Source: Candidatus Forterrea multitransposorum CG_2015-17_Forterrea_25_41 (GTDB taxonomy: Archaea; Iainarchaeota; Iainarchaeia; Iainarchaeales; CSSED10-239). From it: DNA of 64,000 bases. The position numbers were made by a program, and so were the translations under genes. The stretch is taken from contig CP045477.1 of assembly GCA_009392915.1 (NCBI GenBank), forward strand, positions 128,001 through 192,000, read 5' to 3'. Below, piece after piece: positions 47,520-56,505 of this stretch; within the stretch, counting starts at the first letter, position 1, and each line of letters opens with the position of its first letter. Under the pieces are notes generated by a model, which had not been told where the DNA came from, did no database searches, and saw only the letters and a program-made list of their open reading frames with translations.

Positions 47520-49333
47520 CTTTTTTTGAAAAAAATGTTGACAAAAAAAGAAAAGCTATTAGTCCACTTATAGCAACCATCCTTCTTGTAGTTGTTGCTG
47601 TTGCCATCATCGGTATTGTTCTTTCTTGGGGAAAAGGTTTTACAAACACAACTCTTTCTTCTGCAGATAATGTTAATACCAAAAATTCTTTCACAGGTCT
47701 TATTTGGTCTTTTGAAACTTTTGGAAATAATGTTTTAGTTGAGAATAAATCAAAACAAGATTTAAATATTACTGGTTATACTATTAATTCTCTTGATCAT
47801 AATGGTTTTTGGATAAACTCTTATCATCCTTTAGAAACCACTCTTTCAATATCTCCTGGAACTTCAGATAATGTGTCTTTGATTTGTATGCCAGAGGGTA
47901 AATTTATTTTAACTTTAAAAACCTCAACAAATGAAAACATACCTCTTAACATCTCTCCTTCAAAAACAAGTAGAGGTTCTACTTGTGAGGAGTATAATGT
48001 TTCTCTTTGGGAGTTTGTAGCAGAAACTGGAAGTTATTCTATTAATACTTTTACAATGCAGGAAGGAGAACTTGTAACTAACGGTGGGTTTGAGACTGAT
48101 TTATCTGGTTGGTTAAGAACAAGTCATATTATTCAAAATAATGATGTTGCAGATGTTAATCTTATTGGCTCTGATTATATTTTAGAACAACAAAATGTTG
48201 TAGAAATGGGTAAAAGTTACTTAGTTACTTTTGAAATTAAAAACTATTATTCAGGTGCAGTTTATTTTTATAATGTTAATTTGCCAGGGGTAGGTAGTGG
48301 TTATACTGCAACTTCAAATGGGGTTTATGCACTAACATTTACATCTAGTGGAAATAACATCTTATTTCGAACTGTAACTAATTTTGTAGGATCTATTGAT
48401 AATATCTCAATAGTAGAAATCCCTCCTCTTGAAACAATAACCACAGGCACAAAATACTTAGAGAACACAACAGCAGGAACAACTGCTATTGAAAATAAAC
48501 AAGCTTATGGTACTTGGGAATTTGATGTTTATAAAGAAAATGCAAATTATCATTATACATATTTTATAAATTCTACCACAAATACAATGGATAATAGTTA
48601 TAGAATTACTTTAAAAAATTTTAATGCTTTAGATTTAAGAAAACAAGGTGATTCAACTTTAACATTATTATTAACTTCTGATAATTATATTCAAGATAAT
48701 ACTTGGTATAGAATAAAAGTTGCAAGACTTCAAAGCGAAGGTGTGTTTAACGACATACCTACTTTGCAGACTAGTGATATGGTGAATAGTGCAACACAAC
48801 CTTACCAATCATTTACAAGTAAGGGGAGATATGGATTCAGTGCTATTGCAAATGGAACTACAATTACTCATGCTAATACAGCAGATGAAATAGACCTTGT
48901 AAATACAGGAAAATACCTTGTAGAATTTGATTTAAAATTAAACAGCGGGATAGCCCCAGATGTAGCATTAGCAGCAAGTGTAACAAGTGGGTTGTATTCT
49001 AATTCAGTTCAATCTATTGTAGGGAGAAATAGTTTTATACTTACTGCAAGTAATTCAATTACAGGGATATTAAGGTTTTATAACAGTTCTACTGAGTCTG
49101 CAGACTACGAAGTTTCAAACTTAACAATCAGAAGAATCTACCCAAAAGACACATTTGCAGTATTTATTAAAGGTGGAGAGTTTGGAGATGATTGGACTTT
49201 AGTAGATACAACAGGTGGAAGTGGAACAAACCCTGTCACAGACTCTACATATACAACAAGCAATTACTTTGTAGCTGACCTTGATGCTGGAGATAGAATA
49301 GCTAATGTTAAAATAAAACCAAATATTGAATAA
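47480..49333 (+). CDS. Class-III-signal-peptide surface protein, paralog 3, with a central CBM4/9-like carbohydrate-binding-type module
   Basis: First about 190 aa and last about 65 aa are nearly identical to paralog 1. The central region begins NGGFETDLSGWL, reminiscent of CBM_4_9 N-termini. Confidence 0.6.
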   Translation: MFIDRIKIQRKEKTFFEKNVDKKRKAISPLIATILLVVVAVAIIGIVLSWGKGFTNTTLSSADNVNTKNSFTGLIWSFETFGNNVLVENKSKQDLNITGYTINSLDHNGFWINSYHPLETTLSISPGTSDNVSLICMPEGKFILTLKTSTNENIPLNISPSKTSRGSTCEEYNVSLWEFVAETGSYSINTFTMQEGELVTNGGFETDLSGWLRTSHIIQNNDVADVNLIGSDYILEQQNVVEMGKSYLVTFEIKNYYSGAVYFYNVNLPGVGSGYTATSNGVYALTFTSSGNNILFRTVTNFVGSIDNISIVEIPPLETITTGTKYLENTTAGTTAIENKQAYGTWEFDVYKENANYHYTYFINSTTNTMDNSYRITLKNFNALDLRKQGDSTLTLLLTSDNYIQDNTWYRIKVARLQSEGVFNDIPTLQTSDMVNSATQPYQSFTSKGRYGFSAIANGTTITHANTADEIDLVNTGKYLVEFDLKLNSGIAPDVALAASVTSGLYSNSVQSIVGRNSFILTASNSITGILRFYNSSTESADYEVSNLTIRRIYPKDTFAVFIKGGEFGDDWTLVDTTGGSGTNPVTDSTYTTSNYFVADLDAGDRIANVKIKPNIE

Positions 49334-49543
49334 AAACCAAATATTTAGTAACTTTTAATTTTTTTAAACTATTTTTAACCATAAAGAAACATATTTAAAT
49401 AGAACTCTACCTATATTATATATTATTAGACTTTTTTATATTAGTTGTTTAAACAATAACTTTTTAAAAAAAAAGAATCTATAAAGATGAGAATATATTC
49501 TTATATAAAAGATATATTTGATATAAACATGAGGTGAGAACTC

Positions 49544-50047
49544 TTGACAAGTGTTAAAGATGTAAATCCACACGCCCTTATCAATATGGTCGCAAAGGAC
49601 CTTAAAGAAACAAAGGGTGTCAAGATGCCAGAGTTTGCCGCATTTGTAAAAACCGGCTCTCATAGAGAAAGAACCCCAGATAATCCAGACTGGTGGTTTG
49701 TAAGAATGGCATCTATTTTAAGAAAAGTATACATTTCTGGAAGCGTTGACGTAAATTCTTTAAGGAATTATTATGGTGGACGTAAGAATAGAGGTGTTAG
49801 ACCAGAGATTTTTAGAAAAGCTGGTGGAAAAATAATTAGAGTTTGTCTACAAGATTTAGAAAAATTAGGTTTTGTTAAAATTTCAGATAATAAGACTGGA
49901 AGAATTTTAACATCTAAAGGACAAAAATATCTTGATTTAATGGCAAGTAATTTATCTAAAGTTTCTCCTAAAGAAATCAAAAAAGAACCTCTTGAAAAGA
50001 AAATTAAACAAGAAAAGCCAAAAGTAGAGGTTGAAGAAAAACAATAA
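49544..50047 (+). CDS. rps19e: Ribosomal protein S19e
   Basis: VKDVNPHALINMVAKDLKE..PDWWFVRMASILRKVY is the S19e signature; TTG start with GAGGTGA upstream. Confidence 0.85.
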   Translation: MTSVKDVNPHALINMVAKDLKETKGVKMPEFAAFVKTGSHRERTPDNPDWWFVRMASILRKVYISGSVDVNSLRNYYGGRKNRGVRPEIFRKAGGKIIRVCLQDLEKLGFVKISDNKTGRILTSKGQKYLDLMASNLSKVSPKEIKKEPLEKKIKQEKPKVEVEEKQ

Positions 50048-50071
50048 AATGTTTTTAGGAGTTGAATATTT

Positions 50072-50392
50072 ATGGCAAGAAATAAAGATAAAGAATTTAA
50101 AGAGTTTTTAATAGCTCAAAGGAAAAAAGTTGGTCCAGGTTATATGAATACTCCTGTTTGGATTATTCAAAAAGCAGGAAAAAGAATCTGGAATAGAAGA
50201 CAAAAAAGAAATTGGAAAGAAACCGAATTTGGTGCCCAATATAAACAATTAAAAGAAGATCAAGAAAAAGCTAAAGCAAAAACTTATTTTAAGAGTGGAA
50301 AAAGAGTAAAATCTTCTAAGTCTTCTACAAGAAAGGTAAGAAATAGGAATACTACTATTGTACCTAAAAAAATAAAAGGTAAAAAAAGGTGA
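50072..50392 (+). CDS. rpl39e: Ribosomal protein L39e with a basic C-terminal extension
   Basis: MARNK..FKEFLIAQRKK..P.WII.KAGKRIWNRRQKRNWKET parallels eukaryotic/archaeal L39e (..[36 protein letters not shown]), plus about 50 extra K-rich residues. Confidence 0.55.
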   Translation: MARNKDKEFKEFLIAQRKKVGPGYMNTPVWIIQKAGKRIWNRRQKRNWKETEFGAQYKQLKEDQEKAKAKTYFKSGKRVKSSKSSTRKVRNRNTTIVPKKIKGKKR

Positions 50393-50399
50393 ATAGATT

Positions 50400-50897
50400 A
50401 TGCCTGCAGAAAGTTATATAGTACCATTACAAAGAGCTTATGATAAGCCTAGAACTAGAAGATCAAATGTTGCTGTTAAAGAAGTTTTTGATTTTTTATT
50501 TAAACATACAAGAAAGAAAAAAGAAAACATTATTATTTCAAAGGAAGTTAATGAATATATCTGGAGTAGAGGTATTCAAAAACCACCTAGAAAAGTTGCA
50601 ATTTCTATTAAAGAAAAAGACAACAATGTTTATGTTTTTTTAAAAGATTCAAAAGAAATTGAAAAATTCTTAAACAAAGATAAAGAAGTTAAAGAAAAAA
50701 AATCAATTAAACAAACAGTAACTGAAATTAAGGAAAACATACAAAATCCTACAGCAACAAAAAAGACTTCTGTTAAAAAAGAAGAAAAAGCTCCTGTTAA
50801 AAAAGAAGTTGCTTCTTCTCCAAAAACAGAAGAAAAATCTTCAGTTAAAAAAGAAGAAAAAACTAAAGATGATTCTTTAGATAAAAAGGAAGAATAG
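50400..50897 (+). CDS. rpl31e: Ribosomal protein L31e with a K/E-rich C-terminal extension
   Basis: YIVPLQRAYDKPRTRRSNVAVKEV.DF..KH......IIISKEVNEYIWSRGIQKPPRKV matches L31e. Confidence 0.7.
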   Translation: MPAESYIVPLQRAYDKPRTRRSNVAVKEVFDFLFKHTRKKKENIIISKEVNEYIWSRGIQKPPRKVAISIKEKDNNVYVFLKDSKEIEKFLNKDKEVKEKKSIKQTVTEIKENIQNPTATKKTSVKKEEKAPVKKEVASSPKTEEKSSVKKEEKTKDDSLDKKEE

Positions 50898-50901
50898 TTT
50901 T

Positions 50902-51579
50902 ATGAGACTTTCAAGAACAAAAATAAATAATACACCTTATTTAGGTGTATATTCTGTGTGTACAGATGATTTTTGTATTGTTCCAAACAATATCTTAAAA
51001 AAAGAAGAAGCTGTTTTAGAAAAGTTTCTTCAAACAAAAATCATTAAGACATCTATAAATGATTCTCCATTGATAGGTGTTTATCTTTTAGCACATAGAA
51101 ATAAAGTTGTTGCTTGTAAAAATTCTATTAAAAAATATGAAATTGATTTACTTGAAAAGAATGGTATTGAAGTTAAATTAATTAAAGAAGAACATAATGC
51201 TTTAGGAAATTTAGTTTCATTTAATTCAAATTATGGTTTTGCAAGTCCAATTCTTTCAGATAAAACAGTTTCAGAGATTTCTTCTTTTTTTGATATAAAA
51301 ATTGAAAAAAAAGAATTATTATCTTTAGATATTCTAGGAAGTATTCTTTATGCTAATGATTATCTTTTTATTATAAATCCAACTATTGATGAAAAAGATT
51401 TTTTAGCAATTAAGAAAAAACTAAAAGTTGAAGGTATTGCAACAACTCTTAATTATGGTGGTTTATTTGTTGGTAATGATATTATTGCAAATAAAAATGC
51501 TGTTTTAGTTGGAGCTAATACAAGTAACATTGAAATAATGAAAGTTGATGATGTTGTTTTAATGCATGATAAATTATAA
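50902..51579 (+). CDS. eif6: Translation initiation factor 6 (aIF6)
   Basis: Pentameric-repeat pattern ..NNTPYLGVYSVCTDDFCIVP.. typical of eIF6; conserved position after L31e. Confidence 0.8.
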   Translation: MRLSRTKINNTPYLGVYSVCTDDFCIVPNNILKKEEAVLEKFLQTKIIKTSINDSPLIGVYLLAHRNKVVACKNSIKKYEIDLLEKNGIEVKLIKEEHNALGNLVSFNSNYGFASPILSDKTVSEISSFFDIKIEKKELLSLDILGSILYANDYLFIINPTIDEKDFLAIKKKLKVEGIATTLNYGGLFVGNDIIANKNAVLVGANTSNIEIMKVDDVVLMHDKL

Positions 51580-51593
51580 AGGAGTGAAATAAA

Positions 51594-52055
51594 ATGCCAG
51601 GAAATGAAAAAAAGACTATTAAACTTAATAAAGATCAAACAATTTCACTTTATAAAGCTAAAGAAAATGAAATTAATGGTATTTCTAAAAGACTTCAAGA
51701 AATTAATAATCTTTTTACAGAAATATCAAAAGCAGAAAATACATTAAATGAAATAAAAAATGTAAAATCTTCTGAAAGTATTTTAATGAATATTGGTGCT
51801 GGAGTATTAGTTGAATGTAAAGTTAATAATACAAAAGAAGTTAAAATTTCTCTTCCAGGAACAATAATTGTTTCAAAAGATATTGATTCTGTTATTAAAG
51901 ATATTGAAAACAGAAAACAAGAGTTATTAGATATTAGAAAAAAATTATCTGATGCTTATAATAATAATGTTAAGACATTACAACAAATTTCAAAAGCAAT
52001 TCAAGTAATGCAAAAACAAAACAATAAAGAAGCTGACTCAAATAACGTGAGTTAG
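51594..52055 (+). CDS. pfdA: Prefoldin alpha subunit (tentative)
   Basis: Coiled coil, beta-hairpin region (NIGAGVLVECKV..KISLPGTIIVSK), coiled coil; position between aIF6 and ftsY as in other archaea. Confidence 0.5.
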   Translation: MPGNEKKTIKLNKDQTISLYKAKENEINGISKRLQEINNLFTEISKAENTLNEIKNVKSSESILMNIGAGVLVECKVNNTKEVKISLPGTIIVSKDIDSVIKDIENRKQELLDIRKKLSDAYNNNVKTLQQISKAIQVMQKQNNKEADSNNVS

Positions 52056-52098
52056 ATTTTCTTTTATCTTTTTTTAATTAATAGAGGTTTTTTAAAAT

Positions 52099-53391
52099 AT
52101 GTTTGGTCTTTTAAAAAAGAAATTCAAAGATTTGTCAGATAAAATATTAGGTAAATCTAAAGAAAAAATTGATTCTGAAGATCAAAGTCAAGAAGAAACT
52201 TCTTCTGATACTTCTAAGACTTTAGATGTTCCTGAAGAAAAATCTCCTGTTTCTAAAGAGCCAATATCTAATTCTGAAGAACTTTCTGTTCCTAAAGTTG
52301 AAGATGCTAAAGAAGAAATCCCTGTTCCTAAGGTTGAAGATGTTAAAGAAGAAAAATCTACTCCTAAGGTTGAAGATGTTAAAGAAGAAATCCCTATTCC
52401 TAAAGTTGAAGAAATTAAAGAAGAAAAACCTATTTTAAAAGAAGAAATAAAAGAAGATAAACAACCTTCAAAAGCATATACAGATTTAGAATCTAAAAAA
52501 GTTGAAGACGTAAAAAAAACAACTTTTACAAAAATAAAAAGTTTATTTTCATCAAAAATAAAATTATCTGAAAAAGAAATATCTGAATTTTTAGATGATT
52601 TTGAAATTTCTTTACTTGAAGCAGATGTTTCTATTGATTCTTCAACAGCAATTATTGAAGATTTAAAAAAAAGATTAGTTAATGCTTCTTTTTCAAAAAC
52701 AAATATCTTAGAAGATATTAAAAAAAATATTAAAGAAACTTTAAAAGAACAATTAAATATTGATTGTGATATTAATAATTATATTTCTCAAAAACAAAAT
52801 GAACCTTTAATAATTTTAATAATTGGACCTAATGGTGCTGGAAAAACAACAACTATTTCTAAATTTGCAAATCTTTATAAAAATCAAGGTAAATCTGTGG
52901 TTCTAGCTTCTTCAGATACTTTCAGAGCAGGAAGTATTGATCAATTAGAAGTGCATGCAAAGAGATTAGGTGTAAAAGTTGTAAAACAAAATTATGGTTC
53001 AGATCCTGCTGCAGTTGCTTTTGATGCAGTTGCTTCTGCTAAAGCAAATAAAAACGATGTTGTTTTAATTGATACTGCTGGTAGACAAGATACAAATATT
53101 AATCTAATGCAAGAACTCTCAAAAATAAAAAGAGTAGTAAAACCAGATCTTACAATTTATATTGGAGAATCTCAATCTGGACAAACAATTGTTGAACAAA
53201 TACAAAAGTTTGATAAAGAAATAGGTGTTACTGGAGTAATTTTAACAAAGATTGATACTGACCCAAAAGGTGGAGTTGCAATTTCTATTCTTAATGAAAT
53301 TAAAAAACCTATTTTCTATATTGGTACAGGTCAAGAGTATAATGATATAGAAAAATTTTCTCCAGAATATATTATTGAAAGAATTGTTTAG
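52099..53391 (+). CDS. ftsY: Signal recognition particle receptor FtsY with an acidic repeat N-domain
   Basis: NG domain LIIGPNGAGKTTTISKFA, DTAGR, TKIDTD; N-terminal (PKVEDVKEE)n repeats. Confidence 0.85.
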   Translation: MFGLLKKKFKDLSDKILGKSKEKIDSEDQSQEETSSDTSKTLDVPEEKSPVSKEPISNSEELSVPKVEDAKEEIPVPKVEDVKEEKSTPKVEDVKEEIPIPKVEEIKEEKPILKEEIKEDKQPSKAYTDLESKKVEDVKKTTFTKIKSLFSSKIKLSEKEISEFLDDFEISLLEADVSIDSSTAIIEDLKKRLVNASFSKTNILEDIKKNIKETLKEQLNIDCDINNYISQKQNEPLIILIIGPNGAGKTTTISKFANLYKNQGKSVVLASSDTFRAGSIDQLEVHAKRLGVKVVKQNYGSDPAAVAFDAVASAKANKNDVVLIDTAGRQDTNINLMQELSKIKRVVKPDLTIYIGESQSGQTIVEQIQKFDKEIGVTGVILTKIDTDPKGGVAISILNEIKKPIFYIGTGQEYNDIEKFSPEYIIERIV

Positions 53392-53394
53392 ATT

Positions 53395-53685
53395 TTATTT
53401 TCTAAAAGCTTTTTTAACATTTTCTTTAAATCTTTTAATTTCTGGTGTTTCTGGTGTTTTACTATTACTTAATTTTTCTTGAATAGTTTTTATATTTTTT
53501 CTAAGTATTTTTAAAGCAAGTTCTTTTTGAGCTGGTGTTGCAGTTTTATTTTCTTTAATAATTTCCATTTTTTTTCTAATGGTATTTATAGCTTCTCTTG
53601 GATTTTCTATTTTACTTTTTTCTTTAATTACAAATTTAGCATTTCCTGTTCTTAGTTTATGTGCTCTTGGATTTGGTTTTGGCAT
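53395..53685 (-). CDS. Small lysine-rich protein (hypothetical)
   Basis: 96-aa basic ORF with an ATG start; no motif. Confidence 0.3.
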   Translation of the reverse strand: MPKPNPRAHKLRTGNAKFVIKEKSKIENPREAINTIRKKMEIIKENKTATPAQKELALKILRKNIKTIQEKLSNSKTPETPEIKRFKENVKKAFRK

Positions 53686-53701
53686 TTTTAATCAACCTCT
53701 T

Positions 53702-54088
53702 TTATTTTTTCATTTCTTTAAGATAAGTTTTTTTAACACTTTCAAGTTGTTTTTCTAAAATATTTAAAAAAAGCTCTTTTTGTTTCTGGTCTATTGTTTT
53801 ATCAAGTCTTATTTTTCTAATATTTTCTTTAATTTTTGAATATCTTTCTTTACTAATTTCTAAAACATTTTTTTTAACATTTAATGATTTCTTTGCAGCA
53901 ATTCTATTTATATTATTTTCAAGAGATTTTTTTCCTGTTCCTGTTTTTGAAGAAATTAATTTTAAGGCTTTATTTCTCTTTTCAGCATTTTCTTTTTCAG
54001 CAAGAAATCTATTCTTAGTAGGACTAGATGTTTTTGTAATTTCTCTATTTCTTTTATTTTTAATTATAGGCATATTTTCTAACTCCAC
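53702..54088 (-). CDS. Small lysine-rich protein (hypothetical)
   Basis: 128-aa basic ORF, same strand and style as 53395-53685. Confidence 0.3.
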   Translation of the reverse strand: MELENMPIIKNKRNREITKTSSPTKNRFLAEKENAEKRNKALKLISSKTGTGKKSLENNINRIAAKKSLNVKKNVLEISKERYSKIKENIRKIRLDKTIDQKQKELFLNILEKQLESVKKTYLKEMKK

Positions 54089-54208
54089 AAATAATTAACT
54101 AATTAACTATTGTTTATAAATATATTACTTTTAAATCAATTTATATTTATATCTTTTGATATATTATATATAATATACACTTAAAAAACCACACAAATGT
54201 TTTAAAAT

Positions 54209-55612
54209 ATGGGCTTTGGAGAAAAATTAAAAAGTGCAATTGATAAAATTAAAAATTCAATGCATGTTGATAAAGATTTAATTAAAGAAGTTATTAAAGA
54301 TATTCAAAGAGCATTGATCTCTTCAGATGTAAATGTACAACTAGTTTTAAAAATTTCAAAAGAAATAGAAACTGAAGCTTTTGAAAAAATCCCTGAAGGT
54401 CTTTCAAGAAAAGAACATTTAGTTAAAACTTGTTATGATGTTATTTTAAAATATATTGGTGGAAGAGAACAAAAAAAGCTTCCTGAAAATCCAGAAACAA
54501 TTCTTCTTTGTGGTCTTTTTGGTTCTGGTAAAACAACAACTACTGCAAAACTTGCAAAATTCTATAAAAAAAGAGGTTTTAAAGTTGGAGTTATTGCTGC
54601 AGATGTTTACAGGCCAGCAGCTTATGAACAACTTGAACAATTATCAAAGCAAGTAGATTGTATTTTTTATGGTGAAAAAGAAAATAAAGTTGCAGGAGAA
54701 GTTGTTAAAAATGGTCTTTCTATTTTAAAGAAAAAAGGAGCTAATCTTATAATTGTTGATTCTGCTGGTAGATCTGCTTTAGACCAAGAGCTTACCAAAG
54801 AGCTTAAAGAAATACACTTACAATTAAATCCTAAATTTTCATTTTTAGTTCTTTCTGCAGATATTGGACAGGCTGCAAAAGATCAAGCTGAAAACTTTAA
54901 TCAAGCAGTTGGAGTTAATGGTGTAATAATAACTAAGCTTGATGGTTCTGCAAAAGGTGGTGGAGCTTTAACTGCTTGTTATATTACAAATTCTCCAATA
55001 TATTTTATTGGAACTGGAGAAAAAGTTGATGATTTAGAAATTTTTGATGCAAATAGATATCTTTCAAGAATCTTAGGTTTTGGGGATTTAGAAGGTCTTT
55101 TAGAAAAAGTTAAAGAACTTCAAGAAACTGAAGATTTACAAGATGTTAATCCTGATGATATTTTAAAAGGAGATTTTTCATTTTATCTTTTTAAAAAACA
55201 AATTTCAGCTGCTAAAAAATTAGGTCCTTTTAATAAGATTATAGGTATGCTTGGTATTGGTGGTAACATTTCAAAAGATCAAATGAATTTAGGTCAAGAA
55301 AAAATGAAAAAATATAAAGTTATGCTTGATTCTTTTACAAAAAAAGAACTTTATTTTGAACCTCAAGAAATAAATAAAAGCAGAATTAAAAGAATTTCAA
55401 ATGGTTCTGGAACAAAAGAAGAAGAAGTAAAAGAACTTGTTTCTCATGTTAAAAAAATGAAAAAAATGTTTAAACAATTTTCATCAAAAGGTGGAGGTTC
55501 TGCTGGAATGATGAAAAAGATGTTTGGTGGAAAAATGCCTGACATGTCAAAATTTAATGACATGGATCCTAAACAAATGGAAGATATGGCAAAGCAGTTT
55601 AAACTAAAATAA
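54209..55612 (+). CDS. srp54: Signal recognition particle protein SRP54
   Basis: N domain, G domain LCGLFGSGKTTTTAKLA, DSAGR, TKLDGSAKGG, and a Met-rich M domain (MMKKMFGGKMPDM). Confidence 0.9.
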   Translation: MGFGEKLKSAIDKIKNSMHVDKDLIKEVIKDIQRALISSDVNVQLVLKISKEIETEAFEKIPEGLSRKEHLVKTCYDVILKYIGGREQKKLPENPETILLCGLFGSGKTTTTAKLAKFYKKRGFKVGVIAADVYRPAAYEQLEQLSKQVDCIFYGEKENKVAGEVVKNGLSILKKKGANLIIVDSAGRSALDQELTKELKEIHLQLNPKFSFLVLSADIGQAAKDQAENFNQAVGVNGVIITKLDGSAKGGGALTACYITNSPIYFIGTGEKVDDLEIFDANRYLSRILGFGDLEGLLEKVKELQETEDLQDVNPDDILKGDFSFYLFKKQISAAKKLGPFNKIIGMLGIGGNISKDQMNLGQEKMKKYKVMLDSFTKKELYFEPQEINKSRIKRISNGSGTKEEEVKELVSHVKKMKKMFKQFSSKGGGSAGMMKKMFGGKMPDMSKFNDMDPKQMEDMAKQFKLK

Positions 55613-55619
55613 AAAGGAT

Positions 55620-56483
55620 TTGTGTATTTTAATGATTGAAATAATTTTATTTATTAAACTTTTTATAATATTAATTGCCACAAGTATAGGTGCTTGGACA
55701 GACTATAAAACAGGGTATATCTATAACTGGATAACTTTTCCTTTAATTATCTTAGGTTTATTATTATTAATTTTAGAATCTTTTGTTTTATTTAATCTTG
55801 GTTGGTTTTATTTTTTAAAAGTGTTTATAATTGGTTTATTAATATATGGTATTGGTTATTTATTTTATTATTTTGGAAAATTAGGAGGAGGAGATGTAAA
55901 ATTATTTTTAGGAATTCATCTTTTAGTTCCTTATGTAAATGGTCAACTTTTAATTTTATGGGTTTTAATTTTATCTTCTCTATTATCTGTCTTAATTGTT
56001 TCAATTAAATATTTATTTATTCTTTTTAGAAAAATTACATTTACTGAATTTAAAAAAATTATAAAAACAAGAACCTCTAAAATGATTATTTATTTATTAA
56101 TGTTTATTTTTTTTGTTTTTCTCTTATATTCTGCAATCTATAATGTTGGTTTTTCAAAATATTATTACTTATTATTAATTCCTATATTTATAGGTCTTTT
56201 AACAGTTTTATTTGAAGAAGAAATTAAGAAATATATTTATCTTAAAAGAAAAGTTTTAAGGAAAATAGAAGAAGGAGATGTTTTAGCAATTGAGTTTTTA
56301 TCAAAAGAACTTCTTAATAAACTAAATATGGGAAATAGACAAGTTATTGAAGAAAAAGATTTATTGATTATTAAAAATTTAGATGTTAAATCTTTACCTA
56401 TATATGATAATCTTCCAAGATTTGGACCTTATATACTTTTAGGTTTTATTTTTTCTTTTTTATATTTATTTTTCTTATTTTAA
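55620..56483 (+). CDS. Archaeal prepilin/preflagellin peptidase (A24 family, PibD/FlaK-like)
   Basis: Polytopic; first catalytic Asp in IGAWTDYKTGYI, second in GGGDVKLFLG (GxGDxK). Confidence 0.6.
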   Translation: MCILMIEIILFIKLFIILIATSIGAWTDYKTGYIYNWITFPLIILGLLLLILESFVLFNLGWFYFLKVFIIGLLIYGIGYLFYYFGKLGGGDVKLFLGIHLLVPYVNGQLLILWVLILSSLLSVLIVSIKYLFILFRKITFTEFKKIIKTRTSKMIIYLLMFIFFVFLLYSAIYNVGFSKYYYLLLIPIFIGLLTVLFEEEIKKYIYLKRKVLRKIEEGDVLAIEFLSKELLNKLNMGNRQVIEEKDLLIIKNLDVKSLPIYDNLPRFGPYILLGFIFSFLYLFFLF

Positions 56484-56505
56484 GGAATAATTAAAAAAAG
56501 GTTAC

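Noticed and set aside
45841-49333. Diversity-generating retroelement targeting the shared C-terminal module of pilin-like paralogs 1 and 3
   Set aside because: No reverse transcriptase or template repeat lies nearby. The nucleotide differences between the two C-terminal copies are not confined to adenine positions, and there are synonymous and mixed changes as well. A ~70-nt identical stretch fits gene conversion better.
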